DNA of 64,000 nt from Syntrophobacterales bacterium (lineage in GTDB: Bacteria > Desulfobacterota > Syntrophia > Syntrophales > UBA5619), in NCBI GenBank assembly GCA_019429105.1, contig JAHYJE010000005.1, positions 1,175 to 65,174 of the forward strand. Reading direction: 5' to 3'. Below, in pieces: positions 51,150-59,856 of this stretch (position 1 is its first letter; each line of letters begins with the position of its first letter). Below the pieces are notes generated by a model. That model was not told where the DNA came from. It was given only the letters and a program-made list of their open reading frames with translations, and searched no databases. Both the position numbers and the translations under genes were made by a program.

Positions 51150-51931
51150 TTAAACGCAAGGGAGTTGGCTGTCGCCTGGCGCCGGCGCCGGTTTTTTTGC
51201 CCGGAGATACCGAAGAGCCGTATAGATGAGCAAAAGCGCAAAGACCACTCGGAGCACCCCCTCCGGAAGACGGTGCGCAAAGTTGCCGCCCACGTATGCG
51301 CCGACAAGCACCCCGGCAATGAGTCCCGGAATGATTTCCGTTCTCGTATTTCCCATCTTCCAGTGGGTCCAGGCGCCGAGGGTGGAGGCCGGGATCATCG
51401 AAAGAAGCGATATCCCCTGGGCCGTAACCTGGCTGATGCCCACGAAAAGAACCATCATCGGCACCATGAAGGTTCCCCCCCCACTCCCATCATCCCCGAG
51501 ATGAATCCCGTCAACAGACCAATTGCCACAAGCAAGCCCCAACGAATCCAGACCGGGGAAGAGTCATCGACAAGGAGGGGCAGATATGGCTTGGCAAAGA
51601 GCAGCACCGCGACAAACAGCAGCAACACACCGTAATACATCTTCAATTTGTATTCCGGGAGCAAATTGCAGTACCTCGCCCCGAGGCGAACCGTCAAAAG
51701 AGCCAACCCGGCAAGCAGGATCGCAAAAGGAATGTTCCCCGAGCCATGCAGGTAATAAATGATTGAAGCCGCAAGGGCCGTAAAAACAACGGCTACAAGA
51801 CTGGTGCCATGTGCCTCACGTTGCCTGAATTTTAGAATCTCCGTCATCAGGGGAGTCATAACCACCCCCCCGCCGACACCGACTAAGCCGCCCATGAACC
51901 CAGCCACCAGCCCGACCAATAGACCCGCCAT
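51150..51931 (-). pseudogene. TauE/SafE family anion exporter, frameshifted in a G8 tract
   Basis: The two half-ORFs join at GMMGVGG|GTFMVPMMV, the conserved GxGGG motif. A run of 8 C (plus strand, 51475-51482) needs 9 to stay in frame. The start ATG at 51931 follows GGAGGAG. Confidence 0.75.
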
Positions 51932-52226
51932 AAAAACTCCTCCGTAAACTTTATCAACCCCGCAGCGAACCATCAGAACTACAGCACAACCTGCTTGCCA
52001 AGAGGGTTCGCCTTTTGGGACTCGCCGTGCGCTACTATATAAAAGATGCTGCGTCAACTCGAATTTAAGCGACAGCCAACCGCAATGTAGGCATAAAGCA
52101 CTAATTACAATGATGTTATCTTGATTATAAACATCGGGCTTTACAATCGGCGCTGCTTTTGTTATTTTCCACCAATAGATGCAGCCTCTTGATTTCGTTA
52201 AGGTGAATAATTTTAAGAACCTCCAT

Positions 52227-52256
52227 TTGACAGGAACCGCAATTGCCGGATAGATT
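52227..52256 (+). promoter_or_regulatory. candidate sigma70 promoter (TTGACA-N18-TAGATT), implying a near-leaderless mRNA
   Basis: TTGACA lies at 52227-52232 and TAGATT at 52251-52256. The ATG of the downstream gene is at 52269, with no Shine-Dalgarno site in between. Confidence 0.35.
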
Positions 52257-52268
52257 GAGCCAAGCGCC

Positions 52269-52943
52269 ATGAGCAGGGGCATCCTAATAAAAATATTTCT
52301 ACTGATCTTATTTATTTTACTTTGTATTTTCTCTTTTATTCACTTCGATCTTTATAATTTCTTCAAAGACCGCGAGCGAGTAACGGTATTCATAAATTCG
52401 TTCGGTCCGCTTTCGGTAGCGATTTTCATCGGGTTGCAGATTCTCCAGGTTCTGATTGCCCCGATCCCCGGCGAGCTCAGCGGCTTCGTCGGGGGATATC
52501 TGTACGGACCTCTTTGGGGAACGCTTTACTCGACCATCGGCCTGTCCATTGGCTCCCTGCTCGCCTTTTTTTTGGCCCGCTGGTTGGGTCAGCCCTTCAT
52601 CGAGAAAATAACCAGTCCCGCCACAATCCAGAAATATGACTATTTTGTTGAACATAAGGGAATACCGGTTATTTTCGTCCTCTTTTTTATCCCCGGTTTC
52701 CCGAAAGACATCCTGTCGTACATAATCGGCCTCAGCAGGCTTAAGGCATCGACATTTTTACTTATCTGCGCAACCGGCCGCCTTACCGGCACAATTCTCC
52801 TTTCATTAAGCGGCAGCTACGCGAGAAGCAACCATACCGGCCGGCTGGCAACAGTAATCGCAGTGGGGGCAGTTATTACCATTCTTGGCTCCTGGAAACA
52901 TGAACAAATTCTGTCTCTGTTGCGCGGAAAGAAAAAGTCATGA
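52269..52943 (+). CDS. TVP38/TMEM64 (DedA-related) family membrane protein
   Basis: It has the LQILQVLIAPIPGELSGFVGGYLYG...GSLLAFFLARWLG pattern of the SNARE-associated/TVP38 family. Confidence 0.7.
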   Translation: MSRGILIKIFLLILFILLCIFSFIHFDLYNFFKDRERVTVFINSFGPLSVAIFIGLQILQVLIAPIPGELSGFVGGYLYGPLWGTLYSTIGLSIGSLLAFFLARWLGQPFIEKITSPATIQKYDYFVEHKGIPVIFVLFFIPGFPKDILSYIIGLSRLKASTFLLICATGRLTGTILLSLSGSYARSNHTGRLATVIAVGAVITILGSWKHEQILSLLRGKKKS

Positions 52944-53072
52944 CGGCAAGCCATCACAAAGATGATGGAAATACTAATAATGTTAAAGGAAAGCATATTA
53001 ATCGTGGAAAAATATCGTTAACACCTTAATTGCAGTATGGAAAAAACCTGACCTTTATACGGTCTTGATCTT

Positions 53073-54452
53073 GTGGGGAGAGATATAGCCTTGGAACCGG
53101 TTTTAAGCGAGCTTGCAGTCATTTTTATCCTGATCATAATCAACGGCTTTTTTGCCGCCGCGGAGCTGGCGGTACTTTCCAGCAGAAGGAGTAAAATCTC
53201 CAGCATCGCCGCCACCGGGGACAAGAAAGCCAAACTCGTAGAGCAGGTGCAGAAGGAGCCGCACAGCTTTCTTGCCACCATCCAGATCGGCGTTACCGTC
53301 GTCGGTTCACTCGCCTCCGCGCTGGGCGGTTCGGCGGCAATCCAGTATCTGCGGCCTCTGCTTCAATCCGTGCCGGCCCCTTTTATCAGCAATGCCGCGG
53401 AACCCCTCTCGATCGCAATAGTTGTGGTTTTGATTTCCTATCTTTTTCTGGTGTTCGGGGAATTGGCGCCCAAAACAATCGGTTTGCAGTACCCCGAAAA
53501 GATTGCCCTGAACGTCGTGCGACCGATTCATTTCATCTCGCTTGCGGCAACCATAATTGTCCGTTTCCTGACCTTTTCCAACCGGGCCGCCCTCCGGCTT
53601 TTGAGAATCAAGCCTAAAGACGGACAGGCCTTTGTAACCCGCGAAGAGGTGCAGCAGGTGCTGTCCGAGGGGAGTGAAACCGGCGCCCTTACCGAAACGG
53701 AACATACCTACATAGAAAACGTCTTCGAATTTTCCCACACCACCGTAAGAGAGGTCATGGTGCCGCGAACGCGTATCGTCGCCATCGACCGGGAGCTCCC
53801 CAGCGATGAGATTGTCCGCGTTGTCCACGAAAACATGTACTCCCGTTACCCTGTATTCAAGGACGACATGGATCATGTGATCGGTTTTGTCCACACGAAA
53901 GACATCCTTATCGGCAATCTCTGCTCCGGCCGGGAAATTGACCTCGCAAAAATAATGCGGACCCCGCTTTTTGTCCCGGAAGGGAAAAAGGTGAGCAGCT
54001 TGCTGCGGGAGATGCAGAAAAAACGCATCCAGATGGCGCTGGTGGTTGATGAATACGGAATCATGAGCGGTCTGGTGACAACGGAGGATCTCCTCGAGGA
54101 ACTCGTCGGGGAAATAGAGGACGAACATGACGTCGGCGAAACGCGGCGCGTCCAGAAGCTCCCCGACGGCAGCATGATGGTGGATGCGCTGCTGCCAGTC
54201 AATGAGATGGAGGAACACCTCGGCATCGCCGTTGAAGAAGGGTTGCCTTTTGATACACTGGCCGGGCTGATTCTGGATCGCTTTGGCAGATTCCCCCAGA
54301 AAGGCGAGCAGGTCGAATGGCGGGATTATATACTGACCTGCGAAGAGGTCACCGAAACGGCCATCCTGAAGGTGAAAATCTCCCGCCACGCAGAACCGCC
54401 AGGGGACTCCGTCGCCACCCAAGTTATCGAACAAAAAGAAGACAGCGACTAA
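53073..54452 (+). CDS. CNNM/HlyC-CorC family protein (DUF21-CBS pair-CorC_HlyC)
   Basis: It has N-terminal transmembrane segments with FFAAAELAVLSS, a CBS pair region (VREVMVPRT...), and the C-terminal transporter-associated domain. Confidence 0.8.
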   Translation: MGRDIALEPVLSELAVIFILIIINGFFAAAELAVLSSRRSKISSIAATGDKKAKLVEQVQKEPHSFLATIQIGVTVVGSLASALGGSAAIQYLRPLLQSVPAPFISNAAEPLSIAIVVVLISYLFLVFGELAPKTIGLQYPEKIALNVVRPIHFISLAATIIVRFLTFSNRAALRLLRIKPKDGQAFVTREEVQQVLSEGSETGALTETEHTYIENVFEFSHTTVREVMVPRTRIVAIDRELPSDEIVRVVHENMYSRYPVFKDDMDHVIGFVHTKDILIGNLCSGREIDLAKIMRTPLFVPEGKKVSSLLREMQKKRIQMALVVDEYGIMSGLVTTEDLLEELVGEIEDEHDVGETRRVQKLPDGSMMVDALLPVNEMEEHLGIAVEEGLPFDTLAGLILDRFGRFPQKGEQVEWRDYILTCEEVTETAILKVKISRHAEPPGDSVATQVIEQKEDSD

Positions 54453-54460
54453 ACGCCCAA

Positions 54461-54832
54461 CTATTTTGTTTTCATGATCCAGCCGCCGTCCCAGTCGTCA
54501 CCCGGCGGCTCCTCCCGGAAATGGATGCAACGTTCGATATACATCCCGCAAATATTCTCATCCGGATTCAGGCGGAGGGCATCGTTGAATCTGAAAATGG
54601 CGTTGTCCCACTCCCGCCGGCGGTAGAGGGCCAGACCGTCCCGGAAGTGGTTGACCACTTCCATCAGGTGGGGGCTGGTCTCTTCGGTATGGTAGTCGAG
54701 AACCTCGAAGACTCCGACGCTGTTGGTCTTTCCCTTGACCTGCACGCGATCCACTTCGGGAATCCAATAGATCCCCTTCAGACGACGGGTTTCCGCCTGC
54801 AGGCCGAGTTCATTCTGCTCCGAGGTTGCCAT
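54461..54832 (-). pseudogene. C-terminal fragment of a class III adenylate/guanylate cyclase
   Basis: Only the last strands of the cyclase homology domain (VDRVQVKGKTNSVGVFEVL) are present, plus the C-terminal extension common to these cyclases (FRDGLALYRRREWDNAIFRFNDALRLNPDE...YIERC...PPGDDWDGGW). The catalytic core is absent. Confidence 0.55.
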
Positions 54833-54868
54833 GAAGCTTTTTCACCATGGTGTTATGTCCCCGGAATA

Positions 54869-56176
54869 TCACAGAAAAGTCAGATAAAGACCTGCCAGAA
54901 TGAGTCCGGTCAGTAAAATCAGCAGGGATGGCCCCGCCAGGTAACGGTAAACATCCGACATCCGGGTGCCGAAGTATTCGCAGGTAACGGCAAAACAGAC
55001 ATGCAGCGGAGAAAGCATCATCCCGATATAACCGCTGGAATAAGCCAGCACAATTGCTGAGGCAACTACCCCCGGGGCGGGTGCGGCGCCGATAATGGCA
55101 AAAACGATCGGAAAACTCGCCCCCACAAAGCCAAAGGCGACCCCGGTGACCAATCCGGAAATGAACGGCACCATAATAATAATCAAAAAAACGGGAATGC
55201 CCGCCCGGACAAACTCGTCACGCATGCCGGCAACGATGGTGCGGCCGGCTTGATCCAGCGGACATCGCAAAACTATGGAAAAAACCTGCACGCTTATTAT
55301 CAAAAGCACCATCAGCCACAAATTGCGCCTTTTGAAGATGCCGATTGATTGCCGAAATGCGGGGCTGTTGCCTCTCAGGGAGGCGGTTATTGCCAAGATA
55401 ATCCCGGCAAGCATTGCCAGCAGGGACGCAACTGTTTTTGAAACCCCGTTGGCGGCAAGAACGGACGATCCCAGAATTGCCGTCAGAACCAGCAGGAAGA
55501 TTGGGCCAAGGGCGGAAAAGATATCTTCCTTTTTACTTTGCAGCGATGATTTGACAACTGACTCTTGGGCGGGCAGTTTCCGGAGAAGGAAAAAATATCC
55601 CCCCACCAGCGTAACTATCGTAAAGGGAAACTGCAGCAGCATGTATTTCGTAAAAGAAAGTCCCGAGAATTTAACCGCCAGAATAGTGCCCGGATACATC
55701 GGCCACCAGTATTCCCAGATATGACGAAACCAGTAATTGATGGCAGCTTTTTCCGGAGCCGCAAGTTCACGGCTGTCATCCACTGCCGCCACGAGAGGGG
55801 CGGAAAAAAGGGCGCCGCCGGGCATCGGCAGCATGCCGATCAGGGCGGGCAGCCCGGCCAAAAGCGTTTTTCGGTTTTTAAACATCGCCTGCAGGGCGTT
55901 CATCGTCCGTTCCATGCGGCCGGTCTTTCCGAGAACTTCAACCAGCAAGAGCAAAAGGACGATAACCACAGGCAGCAGGTAATTCCCTGGCAGAACAAAG
56001 TTGTCCAACTGGAAATAAAGACCGGCCATCCCCGCACCTGACCAGAGGGAAAGAGCTATCGAAGACAACAAAATGCTAAACCCGAGCGCAAAGCCCAACC
56101 GGTTTAACAGCAATATCCCCAAAAATGATACGCCGACCTTCAGCCAGGCCGGCAAAACCAGCAGCCATTCCCCCAT
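54869..56176 (-). CDS. polytopic membrane protein, DUF401-like
   Basis: It has about 10 or more hydrophobic segments. The overall pattern resembles the DUF401/TIGR00529 family. This is a tentative family call made by eye. Confidence 0.5.
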   Translation of the reverse strand: MGEWLLVLPAWLKVGVSFLGILLLNRLGFALGFSILLSSIALSLWSGAGMAGLYFQLDNFVLPGNYLLPVVIVLLLLLVEVLGKTGRMERTMNALQAMFKNRKTLLAGLPALIGMLPMPGGALFSAPLVAAVDDSRELAAPEKAAINYWFRHIWEYWWPMYPGTILAVKFSGLSFTKYMLLQFPFTIVTLVGGYFFLLRKLPAQESVVKSSLQSKKEDIFSALGPIFLLVLTAILGSSVLAANGVSKTVASLLAMLAGIILAITASLRGNSPAFRQSIGIFKRRNLWLMVLLIISVQVFSIVLRCPLDQAGRTIVAGMRDEFVRAGIPVFLIIIMVPFISGLVTGVAFGFVGASFPIVFAIIGAAPAPGVVASAIVLAYSSGYIGMMLSPLHVCFAVTCEYFGTRMSDVYRYLAGPSLLILLTGLILAGLYLTFL

Positions 56177-56201
56177 ATCCACCCCGTAAATATCCTTATC
56201 A

Positions 56202-57035
56202 TTAACCTCGCAGGCGCGGATCAAGCTCGTCGCGAATCCCTTCCCCCAAAAGATTGTAACCCAAAACGGTGATCAGAATCGCCAGCCCGGGAAAAAGGGA
56301 AAGCCACCAGGCGATGTCGATATTGTCCTTCCCTGCGGTCAGGATGTTTCCCCAGCTCGGCGTCGGCGGCTGCACCCCGATTCCCAGAAAGCTCAGCGCC
56401 GATTCGGTGAGAATCGCCCCCGCTATCCCCAAGGTCGCCGTTACGATCACCGAGGCCATTGCGTTCGGCAGGATGTGCAGGAAAATAATCCGCAGATCGC
56501 CCGCGCCGATAACCCGGGCCGCCTGCACAAAATCCCGTTCTTTCAGCGAGATGAAATCGGCTCGAACAAGCCTGGTTACCCCCATCCAGCCGGTCAGTCC
56601 GATGACGATCATGATGTTCCAGATCGACGGCTCCAGAAAGGCGATCACGGCCAGAATCAGAAAAAAAGTCGGAAAGCAGAGCATGATATCAACAAACCGC
56701 ATGATCACGGCATCAACCCAGCGGCCGTAATATCCGGCAAGCGCCCCGAGAATTGTCCCGATGAGGATGGCAATCCCCGTCGCCACAAAGCCGACCTTCA
56801 GAGAAATCCCCGCCCCATGGATCATCCGGGACAAAACATCCCTGCCGAGCTGATCGGTGCCGAAGGGATGACCGATCGAAGGCGGCGCCAGCACATCTTT
56901 CAGGTTGATCGCATTCGGATCACAGGTGGCGATCCACGGCGCCAGCAGCGACACGATAAACAAAAAGACAACGATGAGTCCCCCCGCCACGGCCATCCTG
57001 TTTTTACGGAATCTCTTCCAGAAATCATTCCCCAT
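56202..57035 (-). CDS. ABC transporter permease, DppC/OppC type
   Basis: It has the EAA-loop region FVQAARVIGAGDLRIIFLHILPN and a typical N-terminus FWKRFRKNRMAVAGG. Confidence 0.85.
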   Translation of the reverse strand: MGNDFWKRFRKNRMAVAGGLIVVFLFIVSLLAPWIATCDPNAINLKDVLAPPSIGHPFGTDQLGRDVLSRMIHGAGISLKVGFVATGIAILIGTILGALAGYYGRWVDAVIMRFVDIMLCFPTFFLILAVIAFLEPSIWNIMIVIGLTGWMGVTRLVRADFISLKERDFVQAARVIGAGDLRIIFLHILPNAMASVIVTATLGIAGAILTESALSFLGIGVQPPTPSWGNILTAGKDNIDIAWWLSLFPGLAILITVLGYNLLGEGIRDELDPRLRG

Positions 57036-57044
57036 AAGCCCCCC

Positions 57045-58019
57045 TCACGATACCCGGATTCTGGGATCGGCCAACGCGTAGGAGACGTCGGCAAGCAGAT
57101 TCCCCAGAAGCGTAAGGGTGGCGCCGATGAAAAGAATCCCCATCACCACCGGGTAATCCCTTGCCATAACCGCCATATAAAAGAGCTGTCCCATGCCGGG
57201 AATCGCAAAGACCGTCTCAAAAATAACGCTCCCCCCGATCAGCCCCGGCACCGAGAGGCCGAGAATCGTAATCACCGGCAGCAGCGCATTTCTGAGGGCA
57301 TGCCGATATATGACACTATTTTCCGAAAGCCCCTTCGCCCGGGCCGTCAGGATATAGTCCTGTCGTATCACCTCCAGCATATTCGCCCGCATGTAGCGGG
57401 AAAGACCGGCCAGCCCCCCGAAGGCGGAAAGCAGAACCGGCATAATCAGATGTTTGACAAAATCCCAGAGCGCCATCCCCGGCGGGAGGTATTCGTAATT
57501 GAGCGACCTTATTCCGGAAATCGGCAGCCAGCCGAGGTGGATGCCGAACAGGATCATCAAAAGCAGCGCCAGCCAGAAGGTAGGCACGGCAAAGCCGATA
57601 AAGACAAAAACCCCGGAAATTCTGTCGAACAGCGAATCCTTATGCACCGCCGACAATACCCCCAGCGGAATCGCCACGATCATGATCAGGAAAAGCGAAA
57701 GCACGTTCAGGAGAATCGTAATCGGCAGCCGTTCTTTTATCTTGTCGGAAACCGGCCGCCGATCCGTGGAAAAAGAGGTCCCCAGATCAAAGACGGCAAT
57801 CTTTTTCAGCCAAAGGAAATACTGAACAGGAAGCGGTTTATCGAGATCGTACAGCGCCTTCAGCCGCTGCTTCATCTCAATCGAGGCACGCGGGTTCATC
57901 TGTGTCTGCAAATCGGTAGGAGACCCGGGCGCAAGGTGCATCACGGCAAAGCAGATGATGGTAATCCCCAATAAAAGCGGGATCATGAAAATCAGGCGTT
58001 TGGCAACATAGCGCAGCAT
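57045..58019 (-). CDS. ABC transporter permease, DppB/OppB type
   Basis: The product starts [22 protein letters not shown] and has the EAA-loop [25 protein letters not shown]. Confidence 0.85.
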   Translation of the reverse strand: MLRYVAKRLIFMIPLLLGITIICFAVMHLAPGSPTDLQTQMNPRASIEMKQRLKALYDLDKPLPVQYFLWLKKIAVFDLGTSFSTDRRPVSDKIKERLPITILLNVLSLFLIMIVAIPLGVLSAVHKDSLFDRISGVFVFIGFAVPTFWLALLLMILFGIHLGWLPISGIRSLNYEYLPPGMALWDFVKHLIMPVLLSAFGGLAGLSRYMRANMLEVIRQDYILTARAKGLSENSVIYRHALRNALLPVITILGLSVPGLIGGSVIFETVFAIPGMGQLFYMAVMARDYPVVMGILFIGATLTLLGNLLADVSYALADPRIRVS

Positions 58020-58060
58020 TATTTTCTGCTTTCCCTCTCGTTTTCTCCGGCATTCCCGGT

Positions 58061-58345
58061 ATGCGGACATTCTTGTATCGGCACTTTCCCCTGGCCGCCG
58101 ACATCCTGGATTTGGCGCACCTTGTAGGTCATAGCAGCGTCAATATGATCTTTTCGGCGTACGCCCACCTGGTTGAGGAAATGCGGCAAAAAACCGCTTT
58201 CCAACTCCCTGAACTCAACTTCGCCAACACGCCTGACCCCATTTTGTTAGCCAAGATTGTTAGCCAGGACAAATCCAAGGAAGAAGCTGATGATTATAAA
58301 CAATTGATATCTAAAAGAAAAATTGGTCGGGGCGAGGTGATTTGA
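58061..58345 (+). pseudogene. 3' remnant of a tyrosine recombinase (phage-type integrase) gene
   Basis: It reads RTF...[27 protein letters not shown], which is box II with the catalytic Tyr region only. The N-terminal three quarters are missing. The ORF runs into the 3' end of tRNA-Pro. Confidence 0.6.
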
Positions 58346-58400
58346 ACACCTGACATCCTGCTCCCAAAGCAGGCGCGCTACCGAGCTGCGCTACGCCCCG
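58324..58400 (-). tRNA. tRNA-Pro (anticodon TGG)
   Basis: I folded the cloverleaf by hand: acceptor CGGGGCG/CGCCCCG, D arm GCGC/GCGC, anticodon stem CCTGC/GCAGG with loop TTTGGGA, T arm AGGTG-TTCAAAT-CACCT, and an encoded CCA. Confidence 0.9.
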
Positions 58401-59002
58401 TTTGATTTATCGATTTTCTGCTCCAGTCTTTCTTTAAGTTTTATAAAGGCCCGGGCGCGGTGGCTGATCCTGTTCTTTAACTCCGGCGGCAGTTGGGCAA
58501 CGGTCATCCCTTGCTCCGGCAGATAAAAAACCGGGTCATACCCGAATCCCCCCAAGCCAGCACAATTCTCCGCAATCACGCCTTCCCAGCGGCCTTCAAA
58601 AACCTCATGGTGATTGTCCTTGTCATAAAGCACCAAAACGCACCGGAAGGCGGCGGTCCGTTTTTCGGCCGGCAGCCCCTTCATTTCATCCAAAAGCTTC
58701 AAGACGTTTTGCCGGTCATTTGCGCCTTCGCCCCCGTAACGGGCGGAATATATCCCCGGGGCGCCTCCCAGCGCAGCCACTTCCAGTCCGGAATCATCGG
58801 CAAGCACCGTTTCTCCGGTAGCCGCCGCTACCACCTGGGCCTTTTTAAGGGCGTTTTCGTAAAAGCTCTTTCCGTCTTCAATGATCTCGGGCAAATCAGG
58901 AAAATCATTAAGGGAAAGTATCTGCATCTCCGCACCGGCAAACATCGCCTGAAGCTCTCTTATCTTGCCGCTGTTTTTCGAAGCAATTACGATCCTTCGC
59001 AC
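58391..59002 (-). CDS. rdgB: RdgB/HAM1 family non-canonical purine NTP pyrophosphatase
   Basis: The product starts MRRIVIASKNSGKIRE and contains LADDSGLEV, GAPGIYSARY and GFGYDPVF. Confidence 0.9.
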   Translation of the reverse strand: MRRIVIASKNSGKIRELQAMFAGAEMQILSLNDFPDLPEIIEDGKSFYENALKKAQVVAAATGETVLADDSGLEVAALGGAPGIYSARYGGEGANDRQNVLKLLDEMKGLPAEKRTAAFRCVLVLYDKDNHHEVFEGRWEGVIAENCAGLGGFGYDPVFYLPEQGMTVAQLPPELKNRISHRARAFIKLKERLEQKIDKSNGA

Positions 59003-59012
59003 CGAGGGTTTC

Positions 59013-59720
59013 CTATCTTGCCTTCAGGGAATATTCCCTGAGTCCCTTGACTACAGCCTTCGCTATGGCCTGCTGCTTGCCCTCGTCGGTTAAAAGCCTG
59101 CGCTCATCCGGATTTGTGGCAAAACCCATTTCGAGCGCCAACCCGGGAATGTCCAGCCCTGTTAACAAGGGATAAGGGGCATCCCGCAGGCCGCGGCCTT
59201 TTCTCGGAAAGACCGTCTCCAGGGCGGCCTGCATATACTGCGAAAACAAAACGGAATCGTTGAGAGACCTGTTTTTAACCATATCCTTGATGATTGCTTG
59301 GGAATCCCCTTTTCCCGTTTGCAGATAAGCGAACCCCGGGAAATAGATTTCATAACCGCTGGCCTTGTTTCCAAAGCCCGCGTTTACATGCAGACTCAAA
59401 AGGCAATCGGCCTTTCTTGTCCCTACGGCATTGCGCCTTTCGGCCGCAGATTCCTTTTTGTCAAGCGAACGGGTCAAGATGATTTGCAGCCCCGGGGTCT
59501 TCCGCGCTTCTTCGCGAATCAGCAGCGCAAGCTTTAGCGTCAGCTCCTTCTCCTGGAAGGAATCATTAACCACGCCCTTGTCTTCACCCCCATGCGCCGG
59601 GTCAAGCAGGACAACGAATTCCCTTGGCTGCGCCATCCCCGTTTCGGCCATCGGCAACAAAAACATTACAGCAACGCCAAAGGACAACCACAATCTATAT
59701 ATCAGCAAATGCCTACGCAT
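59013..59720 (-). CDS. N-acetylmuramoyl-L-alanine amidase (Amidase_3 family), secreted
   Basis: It has a signal peptide, VVLLDPAHGGEDKGV, SLHVNA and LEMGFATNP. Confidence 0.85.
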   Translation of the reverse strand: MRRHLLIYRLWLSFGVAVMFLLPMAETGMAQPREFVVLLDPAHGGEDKGVVNDSFQEKELTLKLALLIREEARKTPGLQIILTRSLDKKESAAERRNAVGTRKADCLLSLHVNAGFGNKASGYEIYFPGFAYLQTGKGDSQAIIKDMVKNRSLNDSVLFSQYMQAALETVFPRKGRGLRDAPYPLLTGLDIPGLALEMGFATNPDERRLLTDEGKQQAIAKAVVKGLREYSLKAR

Positions 59721-59856
59721 TGTTCCCTCTTCCCTTCCGGTCTCAGTCCCTGAAAACCAGACGCTTCATACAGCAAACCGGCGCTAACGTCAAAGTTAAA
59801 ATTGGCGGCTCCGCCGATTTGTAATCGTTTCAGCCGCTCTTGTCCCTCAAAGTGAG

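Noticed and set aside
51932-52268. The AT-rich 337-bp spacer, considered as a possible att site, tRNA fragment or small gene
   Set aside because: A segment resembling a tRNA anticodon region (CCTTTTGGGAC) has no complementary stems. I found no repeat of the tRNA-Pro 3' end and no ORF with a start codon and Shine-Dalgarno site. It is left as ordinary divergent promoter space.
56475-57974. A 499-aa plus-strand ORF opposite the two ABC permease genes
   Set aside because: The translation is dominated by R, P, Q, H and G, and no domain is recognisable. The permease genes on the other strand have clear EAA-loop and transmembrane patterns. This is a shadow ORF.
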